Assembly (NCBI RefSeq): GCF_037042905.1 | Contig: NC_087246.1 | Span: forward strand, 13,716,233 to 13,780,232 | DNA: 64,000 nt | From: Lytechinus pictus | Lineage: Eukaryota | Direction: 5' to 3' | Part shown: piece after piece, positions 39,964 to 52,124 of the stretch | Numbering within the stretch: the first letter of the stretch is position 1 | Layout of the letters: every line of letters begins with the position of its first letter | Notes under the pieces: generated by a model | Told to the model about the DNA's origin: nothing | The model's input: the letters and a program-made list of their open reading frames with translations, nothing else | The model's database searches: none | Position numbers and translations under genes: made by a program

Positions 39964-40497
39964 TATATAAATTTCAAGTTTTTAGACGTGTTTATAGTCT
40001 GACACACCTTATTTTCAAATTTGAAGGTACTGCTACTCTTGAAAGAGCAAACAAATAGCAATATAAGAGAATTCTTTATCTTAAGTATATAATCTTGAAC
40101 TCTATTGTAAAATTCGGTGAAATTTAGATAGATATGGACTGAGTAATACAGGTTTAAACTCAACGTTGCGATCTGGTTGGGGTCTGAAAATGCAAAATTA
40201 TTTTCATTGCGTATTTCTCGAAACCTTTCAAATGGTAAAATTCAAAGCCCAATAGCAAAAAAAATCATATTTGGAATATTTAGGTGCTAAAGTAACTGTG
40301 GAACGTCCTCAAAACCAGTTGTTTTCTTCATTATCTGAAATTCATACCCAATGCCTGCAGTGATAATTTATGAACCCCCCTCTTTGCCTATAAAATGTTA
40401 AAATTCTTACATGTACAACATCTTTGGCAACTCTTTTATTTAAATAATTTATGTTGTGAAAGAAATGCAGTAATTATTATAGAATACGGGTAGTCGT

Positions 40498-40602
40498 GGG
40501 CTTAAATCAAAGTTCCCCTGAGCTATCCTCCCAGAGGAGATATTTTTCTGCCTCATCAATGCTTCCGAGGGAGGATAGCTCTGAGGAGCTTTGATTTAAG
40601 CT
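40498..40602. repeat. Isolated imperfect hairpin (33-bp arms, 36-nt spacer)
   Basis: gggcttaaatcaaagttcccctgagctatcctccc ... gggaggatagctctgaggagctttgatttaagc. Confidence 0.6.
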
Positions 40603-41019
40603 ACGCGTACCATTATTCTCTTAACCTATTTTTCACAATATATTATATTACACAAATGTGAAGAGGAAAGACCTAAACATTGCGTGGGTGCTTTTGTGAC
40701 GTATAATTTGAAAGGATGCTAATAAGGGAAGAAATCTTAAGGCATGATAGACTGGCCTGGGTTTCTTCAAATTTTATAATAAGCTTTCGGAATTTGGGTC
40801 TTCTTCTTCTGCAGATGTATGATAGAAAAAATGGTTATAACGTACAAACAAATTCTTCATGTGAGCCATATTATCAAATACACATACAAAAAAAAAAAAA
40901 AAAATACGTTTACATATTTATATGTTAAGATTCTTACACGTAATATGCAATATATTTTTATGATTACCCTCAGTGGCATACCTTGGGTCATGACATTGGG
41001 GGCATCAGCAAAAATTTTG

Positions 41020-41790
41020 AGTTACTTAGTGGGCGCGCGAAGCGCGGTCAATAGCCGAATATACTGACCTAATAGAGCCATTTTAAGGACTGTGCCATTA
41101 AACGGATATGTTTGTCACTGATCAAATAACGCGAGCGCGAGCAGAAAATTGTTGATATTCAGACCTAAAAAAAAAAAAACAATGTGAGCGCGAAGAGCGA
41201 GCATAAATTTTTGTATATATTGCCCCCAAACATTTAGGGACATTTTAAGGAGTATTTTTTTTAAAGAATTCATGAAGAGCATACATATCTCACCATAGTC
41301 ATCTAACATTTGTCTAATGCTAGCGCCAAGCGCTTGCTGATTTTCTTTTTTTTTTTAGAATTCCGCCTAAGCACATAAAGCACTTTATGTAGTTTCATGA
41401 AATGTATCTCACTAATCAAATATTGCAAGCGCGAAGTGCGAGCTGAATTTTTTTTTTGAAATTCAGACCTGAAGAGGGGCATTTTAATTATACCATACAT
41501 ATTTCACTTACCAAATGATACGCGCGTAAAGCGGGAGCTGAATTTTTTTTATATTCAGGCCATAAGAGGGGACATTTTAAGGACTGTTTCAAGGAATTCA
41601 TGAAAAGCAGACATATTTCACCAATCCACTAATGCGAATGACAGCACGGACTGGAAATGTTTTATATTCAGACCTTAAAAGTGGGCAATCACTTTAAGTA
41701 GTCATGAAAAAGATCGAAGCATATGTCACTACATAAAATAATAAAAACTCGAAGTGCGAGGAAATATATTTGGTTTATATTGACTTAAAA
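41020..41790. repeat. Degenerate satellite-like tandem array, unit about 90-150 bp, 6-7 copies (anchors ATTCAGACC...GGGGACATTTTAAGGACTGT...AATTCATGAA...GCGCGAAG(C/T)GCGAGC)
   Basis: The anchors recur at 41055, 41155, 41462, 41551 and 41657. Confidence 0.55.
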
Positions 41791-42468
41791 CGTTTGAGTA
41801 TCATTTAATCCCCTTGAACAGGATCATTTATTTCATTAAACAGACAATGCGATCCAAGGATTGATGAACACATAGCCCCTAAGCAAATTAGGTTTCATAA
41901 AGTTGATTTTTAATGTAATATAATATGATATATATAATATAGTATAAAGTAATATGATATAATACACAATAAGGCAGTTTTTCTTCCCCCACTACGTTTC
42001 TCTTTTTATCTTTCTTCTCCCTCTTTTTCTCCTTTTCCTCCGTTGTTTTTTTTTTGGGGGGGCAGCCGATTGGGGGGAGCGTGCCGCCCCCCCCCCCGCA
42101 GTTACGCCATTGATTACCATCTTTAATGATTTGATTTAATATCATATAATAATTGAATATAACAATAGTGATTAGATATATTTCCAGATCTTTTTTATTT
42201 CCATATTGGCACGCTCAAGTCAAAAGCTGTATTCTCCCCTCTTTCCCTTTTCATTAACTTTGTTTTAATACAAACTCATTATACCAGTGAAGAGCTATCT
42301 AAATGATTGGATGGTGGACATAATTGGATTTAAAGTTTGGACTTGCATCTGATATGAGATTAGATGCTGTTGAATATTTTTAGATTTTATTCTTCTGATG
42401 CACAATTCCAAATTATTTTAATCAAGAACAACAATGATTAGATAAATAAAAAAGTTACGTCTTCTCAC

Positions 42469-42571
42469 CTCTTGGTTCTTCATTTATAGACAATGCTTCA
42501 GTGAAATTAACGTTTCCCGCGAAAAACACCAAACACACGATGGATACGAGACTGAAAAACATGTTAAACAT
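42469..42571 (-). CDS. Orphan candidate first exon encoding a signal peptide (ATG at 42569-42571, phase-1 donor)
   Basis: The minus strand encodes MFNMFFSLVSIVCLVFFAGNVNFTEALSINEEPR followed by G|GTGAGA. The N-region, hydrophobic core and small-residue cleavage site are all present. Its phase is compatible with the first SRCR exon about 15 kb downstream, but the link is unproven. Confidence 0.3.
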
Positions 42572-43946
42572 GAAAGCAATCGAATGAAATGACTGATAAT
42601 CAATCAAACGTCAGATGAGAACGATGTCAAATCGATCACTTCGTACCAGCATTTTGATAATTAGACGACATGGAGGCCAGCCTTGGTTCAAGTACTCGGC
42701 TTATCATCAAAGTGGAAACCTGAAGGATAGGCGCTTTTATGGCAAATATATACGGCCATGGCAGAGAAAGATTCACTGTGACGCCCTTTTAAACTGCACA
42801 GAAAATGAAATAACGTCCGGTCATTTCCTATTGGACGAAAATTTTACGTGTAATCCTGAATTCAATTATCATGAAGCGAATGTATGAGTTGCCGTTCATG
42901 GCTAAATAATGAAGATGTCAATGCGAACAGGTTGAATTAACCAATGACATTGGATAGCTGCAAGCATTTTCCCCACTCCGACAATTTCCCCGGATTAGAC
43001 CAAAATTTGCTCTATCTTTTCCCGGGGAGGGGGAGGCAGTCAAATACATTGCTGTACAAACGCGCGACCAAAAAAAACGCGGTTAAGGGTATCAAAAACA
43101 CCGATTTTCAATATAGGGTGGTTTTGAAAGACTGGTCAATGGTCACTTGCGGGGTCAAACCGTAACGTATTTTGGGTATTTTTTTTTTCTAAAGCTTTTT
43201 TTTTCTAAGACTGGCCAAACGTGTTTAGGGTATGTTTTTTCCCTCAAGCTTTTTCCCCGGGGCTTTTTCCTCCTCGTTTCTGAAAAGTGCTCAGGTTCTT
43301 CCTGATTGTGGTATTTTAACCCTTACTGCACTGGGGGGGGGGGGGGGGAGGGGGGGGTATGCAATACCCATGAATATAGTCTTGTCTATATTTAAATATA
43401 TTGTTAGCAAGAAGACAAACCTTGTTTGGGGGGTCATATTCTGGCGACAACTTGTTTAGGGGCCAAAATGTGTTAATGAAGCTCGCGAAAAACTTGTTTA
43501 GGGGGTTATTTTGCACCGGCAGAGAAAAACTCGTTTAGGGGGTGTTTGGAAATAATTTGGCCACCCGTGTGTACAGTAAGACATTTGGCAAGCCCCCGGG
43601 TATCATTTATCGTGCCTATATATTTTGTTTGAATGCCTATATTCACCAACACATATTAGTTATTGTTTATGTAGTACAAATTCATAGTACGGCAAGGAGA
43701 TGCCATAAACATGATGATCGCTGATGTGGTTTACGGTACACCATGTGGAGTGTTATAGAAACAGTGGATAGAAGAAGAGAAGAAATGGATAGGCGAGAAA
43801 GTGGAGATTTGAGAGTAGAGTATTCTTTCTTGAAAGTCGTCCTGAAAAGGACTCTAAACCAGGAAAGATTGATGAGTTGAGAACAGCTTGAGTAGTAGAG
43901 CTAATGAGGAGATGCTGGCTTGAGTCGGCGAGTAGAGATGATGAGT

Positions 43947-44010
43947 AGTAGAGAGACTCGACGTTTCGGACAGCTTAGTCAAGCTGTCCGAAACGTCGAG
44001 TCTCTCTACT
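43947..44010. repeat. Perfect 64-bp palindrome (30-bp stems, 4-nt loop) immediately 5' of the 534-bp tandem duplication
   Basis: AGTAGAGAGACTCGACGTTTCGGACAGCTT agtc AAGCTGTCCGAAACGTCGAGTCTCTCTACT. Confidence 0.8.
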
Positions 44011-44020
44011 AAAAAAATAG

Positions 44021-45085
44021 TTTTCTTGTTTATCTGTTTTTACTTTTTAATATATTTTTAGCCAAATGGAAATGTTATTTCTGATTCCGTATGTCTAGTT
44101 TTTTTTCACGATCCAAAACTTAAAGCAAGTTTTGAATACTGCAAATTGGAAATAAGCTAACACAAAATAAATCTAGTTATAATAGTAGTAAGGTTGCATG
44201 GGACTTTACCTGACAGCATTCAGAGGGCCCAACGAGATTTCTTTTGGTGTGGGGTGCTTATCATGAGGAAAAACTATCTTGGAACCATACATTGATCATG
44301 ACGATAATGATAAAATCGTTGCTCGACACAAGCAGGCTGGCATCAGGTTTAGCAAAGCGAGACACTTCCTACCCACTAAACTAAACCACTAGTTATTTTC
44401 ACCTTATATTAAAACAGACTTATTCTTGTTAGCACTAGCGTACCTAAGGGGGGGCAGACTGCCCCCCCCCCTGACGAGTCACAACTCATGCAGGGGACGT
44501 ATCCCTGCCCCCTGACAAGTCACAACTGATACAGGGGACGTGCCCCCCCCCCTTTATCTGTTTTTACTTTTTAATATATTTTTAGCCAAATGGAAATGTT
44601 ATTTCTGATTTCGTATGTCTAGTTTTTTTTCACGATCCAAAACTTAAAGCAAGTTTTGAATACTGCAAATTGGAAATAAGCTAACACAAAATAAATCTAG
44701 TTATATTAGTAATAAGGTTGCATGGGACTTTACCTGACAGCATTCAGAGGGCCCAACGAGATTTCTTTTGGTGTGGGGTGCTTATCATGAGGAAAAACTA
44801 TCTTGGAACCATACATTGATCATGACGATAATGATAAAATCGTTGCTCGACACAAGCAGGCTGGCATCAGGTTTAGCAAAGCGAGACACTTCCTACCCAC
44901 TAAACTAAACCACTAGTTATTTTCACCTTATATTAAAACAGACTTATTCTTGTTAGCACTAGCGTACCTAAGGGGGGGCAGACTGCCCCCCCCCCCCCCT
45001 GACGAGTCACAACTCATGCAGGGGACGTATCCCTGCCCCCTGACAAGTCACAACTGATACATGGGACGTGCCCCCCCCCCCCCCT
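44021..45085. repeat. Tandem duplication, 2 x about 534 bp, at least 97% identical
   Basis: 44021-44554 is repeated at 44555-45085. Each unit ends in C-tracts (ctgccccccccctgacgagtcacaactcatgcagggga...). Confidence 0.75.
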
Positions 45086-45129
45086 TTGAGAAGCCAAATC
45101 AATAATTTGTAATGTAAAACTGCAATAAA

Positions 45130-45340
45130 AACAGACGTGTACCCCCTCATTTGAACCTGAAGACCTTTTTTTTTTTTTTTCCTTGTCAATTTTTTTGTGG
45201 TAAGAAATCCTTTTGTGTTTTGGTTGAAGACCTTTTTTTTTTTTTTTTTGCTTGTCAATTTTGTTTGTGGTAAGAAATCCTTTATTTGTGGTTGAAGACC
45301 TCTTTTCTTTTTGCTAGTCAAATTTTTTCGCGGACGAAAT
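45130..45340. repeat. Tandem copies (x3) of a short repeat, GGTTGAAGACC-T(n)-GCTTGTCAATTTT-GTGGTAAGAAATCC
   Basis: An inverted related copy lies at 47960-48170 inside CTSD intron 3. It causes the spurious poly-Lys ORF 45007..45321(-). Confidence 0.5.
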
Positions 45341-45623
45341 ATCCTCCTAAAAATTTGCCCCCCTTCTGGAAAATCCTAGGTACGCCAGTGCTTGTTAGTA
45401 AAAATTAAGATAAAAAATATTTTAACTTAAGTCTTAAGAATTCCCCCCACCCCCCCCCCCCCCTCCTCCTCCGAGGAACCAATCAGGTTGATCGTTCTTT
45501 CTTATTCCGAGTCCCTCTTTTGGACAGTGGTGGGATATGACCCTGGTTGTCATTCATATCAGAGGTGGATAAAATAAACATCCACCTCTATGATTTATAG
45601 CGTACCAATCTACAACAAAAGAA

Positions 45624-45632
45624 TCACGTGAC
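45624..45632 (+). promoter_or_regulatory. CLEAR-like E-box (TCACGTGAC) about 310 bp upstream of the CTSD-like ATG, with an inverted CATGTG E-box 10 bp downstream
   Basis: The sequence is aaTCACGTGACagttcgcgcgGTCATGTGAtt. TCACGTGAC matches 9 of 10 positions of the CLEAR consensus GTCACGTGAC that TFEB/MITF use on lysosomal genes. Cathepsin D is a known CLEAR-network target in vertebrates. Confidence 0.35.
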
Positions 45633-45937
45633 AGTTCGCGCGGTCATGTGATTTAAATGTCTTCCGCAATTCTGTTGAGAGAAAATCAATAGAGGTCGCG
45701 TACAATGCAATCTATAGCACTGATGAATCACATGATGCGTCCCGTGACTCGACCCGACTTGTACCTGCTCTCCGATCTCCCATGTATTCTGCTTCTTATT
45801 TGCATTTAAATCCAAGAAAAGTCAAGTCCCCAACCAAACTCTTCCTCCTGAAAAAGGAATGTGAAGGCAGCTCTGTATTCTAGAGGGGTTTGATCTGGAA
45901 TTTCACATCTAACAAGTTACAGCAAGGCTAAGGGAGA

Positions 45938-46005
45938 ATGAAGACGTTTTTCGCAACAGCACTGCTGCTGCTGCTGGCAGTTGCAGCAAACGCGCAGCTT
46001 ATTAG
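45938..46005 (+). CDS. CTSD: CTSD-like exon 1 (start codon, signal peptide)
   Basis: ATG at 45938. Encodes MKTFFATALLLLLAVAANAQLI plus 2 nt. The hydrophobic signal peptide ends in A-N-A. Donor GTGAGT at 46006. Confidence 0.85.
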
Positions 46006-46765
46006 GTGAGTGACTTTAAAACAACTCACCACAAATAATCGTAAGCCAAAATGTCTAAATAAGTACAGTCATCTAATCCAAGCAGTCCTGTCAAAAAATG
46101 TATCGAGCCGAAACTATCTTAGGCAAAAATTAGACAGGAAAAAATATATATTTCTTTCATAAGAAAATTAAGAGTTTGAAACATTTTTCTTTAAAAAAAA
46201 GGTTAGGCCTATTTTTTTTTTCATTGACATGGCATAGGAACCAGTTTGAGTAAGTTAAACCCTAACAAGCTACTTAAATCTCTTCCTTAAACTGTTAACA
46301 TTAGATGGAAGAAACCAATGGAGCCAGACTTAGTGTCAGCATAACACTGGACTCTGGAGATTAAGATTTTATTGTCTTGTCAAATCAATACATCTGATTT
46401 ATTCTTTAAGGTCTCATCTGTTGGTCAAACTGTTCCAGCATTGCAGCAGTTTGCTGTAGTGTTGGATACACAAGAACATTAATTTTCTTGAAATTGAGAC
46501 AATTCATGACTATCTTTATTATAATGCAAGTATTTTTTCTGATGATCTGTAGATGGAACTTTGAATTGTGGATTGTGAATCAAACCAAATGTTCCCTTAT
46601 TTTCATGTAAATGTGTATGAAATTCTTAACATGTTTTTTTATATTTTTACCTGAATATGTAGGCCTTTTTTATTATTTTAATGATTGCATTGGCTTATAT
46701 TTATCATGATTTATATGATGACAAGTTAACATCAATACAAATTCTAATCTTTATTTATTTCTCAG

Positions 46766-46919
46766 GGTACCACTGAAGAAGATGGAATCTGTACGTCATC
46801 AAATGGCCAACACAGGACTACCCTTTAAAGATTTGGCTCAACTTTCCAACAAGTACAACATGATGAACACCAACAAACTTGGCACACCATGGCCAGTAAA
46901 CATGAGCGACTATCTTGAT
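46766..46919 (+). CDS. CTSD: CTSD-like exon 2 (propeptide)
   Basis: Acceptor tttctcag. Encodes (R)VPLKKMESVRHQMANTGLPFKDLAQLSNKYNMMNTNKLGTPWPVNMSDYLD. The cathepsin D propeptide motif IPL.K..S.R is present. Donor GTGAGC, phase 0. Confidence 0.85.
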
Positions 46920-47457
46920 GTGAGCCCAAGAACAACACCTCATATTTTATTAGGAACAGAAATTCAAAGTTTTTTTTTTTACATGTATATTTTTCATAAA
47001 AGAAGAGGCAAGAAACAGCAAACTTATTATCTTGAATCAAAACAATAAAATTACTTTTCACATGTCTATTCCAATAATACTGTATGACAATTTTGTGCAT
47101 TAAAATATGATGGAAGATTCAGATTTTTACTGTGCTCCTGATGAGTGGTCTTCTTTTATTTTATAAGTATATTTGTGTGTTTATGTCAACTTGCATTTAA
47201 CATTTTTTTGTGTTCAATTTCATAAGTTTTTGGTTATACTTCTCAAAACCTGTCTGCTCCAGCATCTTTGGCATACAGAATGGGAGGGGGGAGGTCTCTT
47301 GTCCCCCCCCCCCCCCCCCCCCCCCGGAGTGGTGACATTGTCTGTATGGACGTTCCAAAGGCACTGTCACTGCCATCCCTGTGTATCTGCATTCTGTCTG
47401 TTTATAGGTGTTTTTTAACTTTTCTCACCACAGATCTGCATATTTGAGATGGTGTGA

Positions 47458-47694
<237 letters not shown>

Positions 47695-48230
47695 TGATGA
47701 TATTCCTCCAATGTCAATCCAGATTCTGATTTATAATTTTTTTTCCAGCAAGATGTCAGATTTTTCTCATTCATTTTTTCCTTAGTTTTTAAGATGATAA
47801 TTTTCTTTTGAAAAATAAGTGTACTGGTACGCAGTCATTTAGCACCTGATTATCCAGTATTTATAAACATAGTTCTATGACATGTACTGTATACACACAT
47901 GTTGTATAGATGTGTGCATACGCAGTATTTTTCAAATGAAAGGGGGGTTTTCAAGCTGAATGAAAAAAATTTTGACACCCCCAACAAAAAAAGGTCTTCA
48001 CCCATATTTTTAAGTCATTTGGTAACCCCCCCCCAAAAAAAAAAAATGACAAGCAAGCAAAAAAAAGGTCTTCAACCTTATTTTAGGGGGGTTGGGTATA
48101 AAAAAATCAAAGGGGGGGGGTTGAACACCTGTAACCCCCCTCCACCTTGCGTACGCCACTGATGTGCACATTCATGCACACATACAGGTTTTAAAAGTAA
48201 AAATTATATTTACATTTCCCTAACTTGCAG

Positions 48231-48349
48231 GCTTTCATCACAAGTACGACAGCTCCAAATCATCAACTTATGTTGCTAATGGAACAAAATGGTCTCTACA
48301 GTATGGATCGGGTGCTTGCTCTGGATTCGTCAGTGAGGATACAATACAG
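48231..48349 (+). CDS. CTSD: CTSD-like exon 4
   Basis: Acceptor taacttgcag. Encodes (R)[39 protein letters not shown] (cf. human [37 protein letters not shown]). Donor GTGAGT. Confidence 0.9.
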
Positions 48350-49623
48350 GTGAGTTATATTTGATGGTAATGAACTTGATGATGTGGGGATGGATGGGAG
48401 GGGATGTCAGAACAAAAGGGGAGGAAAAGAAAGTGGATCTAACAAAGGAGGAAGAAGATGAGAAGGCCTAGATTGCAAAATGAAGGCGGATAAGTTAAAG
48501 GGGAGGATGACAGAGGAGAAAATTTAAAAAAAGAACATGCAATGTTTGAATTTTTCTGTAAAAGGGTCTTTGATCGTAATTGAGTATCAGAAAACTACAG
48601 ACCAAGTTTATTTCCTAGAATTATGACGTCAGCAACAAGCTTCATCTCTAATACGTTTGCCTATTTTATGGATTCTATTTACGGATAATAAGTCAAATAT
48701 ACACATAAATGTGTTTGGTAGTATATTATAGTTTCAAAATACGATTTGATGAGTAATTTTACATCATTATCTACATTTTCCAAATTGGCTAATTAGCTAT
48801 AACTTGCCAATTTGGAAATCGTAGGTATGGGTGTAAAATCAAAACTCATCGAATTGAATTTTTAAAATTAAATATGTTAACTAATTGAGCATAATATACA
48901 TGTATTTATGAGCTTTAAGTGTATAATTGATTTATTATTTGTGAAATAGAATCTATAATAGGCAAACGTAAATATCTGCTTAGAGATATAGTTCTTCGCC
49001 AACGTCACAATTTTGAACCCTGCCAAAATTGCTATATTCATCCCGAGACTTTGAACCTGAAGAAGCCCCACTTTAAAGAGGTGGTGCTCCATACCGGAAA
49101 ATCGCATTGGGGTATAAGTGGATTTATTTTGATTATCCTGTATTTATAAATGATATGTGATATCAGATTTTTGGTTTCATTTTCCTTTAAGAACAATGGT
49201 CTCTGCATGATCCTACTTGTAAAAACCTTGCCACAGGAACTTGAGAATGCTTATAAATTTATCTCGTGCAAGTCTGATCATTAAAACTTTATTGTATTTA
49301 TTATTAAAACAAATGAAAAAGACTTTTCCTAAAAATACAATATAGGCCTACAGTGGTGCTCAAAAGTCGGCGAACCCCACCAGAAAATGAACATATTTAA
49401 AGTGTTCACATTCTGCAATGTTTTCGATATTTAATTTGTGAAGTCACATGATAAAATATTACATTCAACACAGTTTATTTTTCTTGGCTCACCAAACATT
49501 GTAGTGTTGTTGTCTACAGTGCATTTTGAGGTGGGGTGTACTAACTTTGAGCAAAACTGTACTTACATGTTTATAATATACTTAAAACTGCATCATTTAT
49601 CTTGTTCATGCTTTGTCTTGCAG

Positions 49624-49823
49624 CTGGGTGGTCTGAGGGCAAAGAGCCAGAGTTTTGGAGAGGCGACCGCTGAACCTGGCTTGACCTTCATAGCGGCCAA
49701 GTTTGATGGCATTCTTGGACTGGGTTACCCAACCATTACCAGGATCAGTAAACTTCCTGTGTTTGACAACATTGTAAAGCAGGGCCTTGTTCAGGATGCT
49801 GTATTTGCAGTTTATCTCGCAAA
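49624..49823 (+). CDS. CTSD: CTSD-like exon 5
   Basis: Acceptor tcttgcag. Encodes LGGLRAKSQSFGEATAEPGLTFIAAKFDGILGLGYPTITRISKLPVFDNIVKQGLVQDAVFAVYLA(K). Donor GTATGT. Confidence 0.9.
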
Positions 49824-50172
49824 GTATGTATAAGCTCAATTTGAAATTGAATTTTATTTTACAAAACAAAGCAAAGATTTTGCTACTTTTCATCGGAATA
49901 ATGATCTTGCTTTTGGTGTGGACCATTTATTTGTGATCCAATCGTTTGTTGTGTGACCATTTATTTGTGATCCAATCATTTGGTTTGTGATGTGCATCCT
50001 GTATCAGATTAATGTTCGGTTGAAATCTGATTCTGATCACATCATAAGAATACTAACAAGGATTGATGCATTCACTTTCAAGCATGTATGGTTATAGGAA
50101 GTCAGCTCAACTATAAAGGATTATCTTCATCTCCCCTTTTTGTCTCTCTCTCTTCTATTCCTCTTTCGACAG

Positions 50173-50295
50173 AGATGCGTCAGCTAAGGTTGGTGGTGAG
50201 ATAGTCTTTGGAGGAGCAGATCCGGATCACTATACTGGAGACTTCAGTTATGTAGATGTCACACGCAAAGGTTACTGGCAGATCAAGATGGACAG
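50173..50295 (+). CDS. CTSD: CTSD-like exon 6
   Basis: Acceptor tttcgacag. Encodes (K)[40 protein letters not shown] (cf. human [34 protein letters not shown]). Donor GTACAA is weak, but phase is conserved into exon 7. Confidence 0.8.
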
Positions 50296-51096
50296 GTACA
50301 ATGATCAACAAATAATATTCACTCTTAAAGGGAAATCGAACCGTTGTCATTCAATGGCATGAGAGGAGAAAAAAAAAAATAACAGAATGGTAAAAATTGG
50401 AAATAAATCTGGCAAGCAATGAGAAAGTTAAGGCTGTTTGAAAAGTGATCACTAAGACGACATGATCTATGTAAATTTCTGATTGGCAATTTGGTAATCA
50501 AATTATCACAGATTTTAGGGACAATTTTCCCTCGTAAAATCCTCTATTTTTTATTGCCAACAGCCCTGTGTAGATTTTTTCCTGTTAACAAGCATCTTAA
50601 TGCAAAATTTATAATTTATTGAATTTTTATTAGGGTTACAGGAAATTCATGCAATGTTAATACTATGGCATGTTATTGATCATCTCTTTAATCACACAAT
50701 ATAATATATTCATGATAAACGTGTGTATGATGATAATGTGAGAATGTCATGTCTGCGCTGGTGACTGATATTGATCACAATGCTCTCCATCTCTAGTGGT
50801 GATAACTTTAGAAAGCACCCAATCAACAAATTGTTACCGTATTTGTTGTACTAAGAGATCTGTTTGTGGTCAAGTTTCTGCTTTTAGGGGCACCCTAATC
50901 ACTGAAACTCTATTTGCAATGATTGTTATTCATGTATGTTTTGTACATGAATTGGATTGAATTGAAATTTATTTGAATTGAATCTCATGTATTTTTAATA
51001 TATTGACAATAGAATATATTTATTAAGAGCATTTTTTCATAAAAAAAAGGTCTTTAAGATATTTTGCAACCCATCTGATCTTTGTTTATCACACAG

Positions 51097-51238
51097 TCTC
51101 AATGTGGGCGGTAATGGAACCTATTGCACCAATTGTGCTGCCATCGCTGACACCGGTACGTCCCTCATTGCTGGTCCCTCTGCAGAGATTGCCAAACTTC
51201 AAGAACAGATTGGTGCTGCCCCATTTACATCTGGCGAG
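51097..51238 (+). CDS. CTSD: CTSD-like exon 7 (second catalytic Asp, DTGT)
   Basis: Acceptor tatcacacag. Encodes (S)LNVGGNGTYCTNCAAIADTGTSLIAGPSAEIAKLQEQIGAAPFTSGE. Donor GTGAGG. Confidence 0.9.
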
Positions 51239-52025
51239 GTGAGGTATACCTGACATGAATCCAATTATAGAGAAAGGGATGAGATACATGAAAAATGGAG
51301 AAGAGTTTCATGCACAGCAACACCTAAGATTATAACGATGATGATGATGATACTATGTAACATTTATCAAGCATTTAATACAATGTTTTCAAGCGCTGCA
51401 TGTTATTACCCAAGCTCTAGCATGGCTACTCTGATTAGGTGCACAAGTGTCCAAGAATTTCTTCCCTCCAAGAACTGATTTACTTCTCCCGGCAAATGTT
51501 AGATTAAAGTCTTGCCTAAGGATATCTGGGTTCTGATCCCGAACATTGTGATTCAAATTCTATAGAGTTACACTAATTCATAGTAGGTCTCTGTGACTCA
51601 TTGTTCCTTTGAAGAAAAGAATTCCAGCTAAACTTACAAGTTTTAATGTTTATTTCTCTCATATCTCCTCTTACATCATATACATTTATAATGTGGATGT
51701 GCTTTACATGTATGTATCAAAAAGCCTTGCATTTTTTACCATAAGGTCTGTGCTGTAAACTCCACAAACATACCCTACACTACATGAAAGTGATGTTGGC
51801 AACTCTGTGGTTCATGCTGAGTCATATTCACTTTCAAGAGCATAGATCTAGTTTGCTTTAATATTCATCTTGATTAAGAAAAAAATTACTGCATCCTAGT
51901 CTCAATTCTGAGGTCTGACTGAAACTATGATTAGCATAAAGTGGTTGTTCAACAAAATGAAGAAGTGGTTGAAGAAAATGAAATATTATTGAATGTATTG
52001 TACATTTGTTTTGTATTTTCCGCAG

Positions 52026-52124
52026 TATATGATCAACTGTAACTTGATACCCACTCTTCCTGTTGTAAATATTGTCCTTGCTGGCAAGACATACACTCTT
52101 AACGGAGAAGACTATGTTCTCAAG
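52026..52124 (+). CDS. CTSD: CTSD-like exon 8
   Basis: Acceptor ttttccgcag. Encodes YMINCNLIPTLPVVNIVLAGKTYTLNGEDYVLK (cf. human [33 protein letters not shown]). Donor GTACGT. Confidence 0.9.

Noticed and set aside
45007-45321. 104-aa minus-strand ORF rich in poly-Lys
   Set aside because: It is generated by the T-rich tandem repeat GGTTGAAGACC-T(n). It is a low-complexity artefact.
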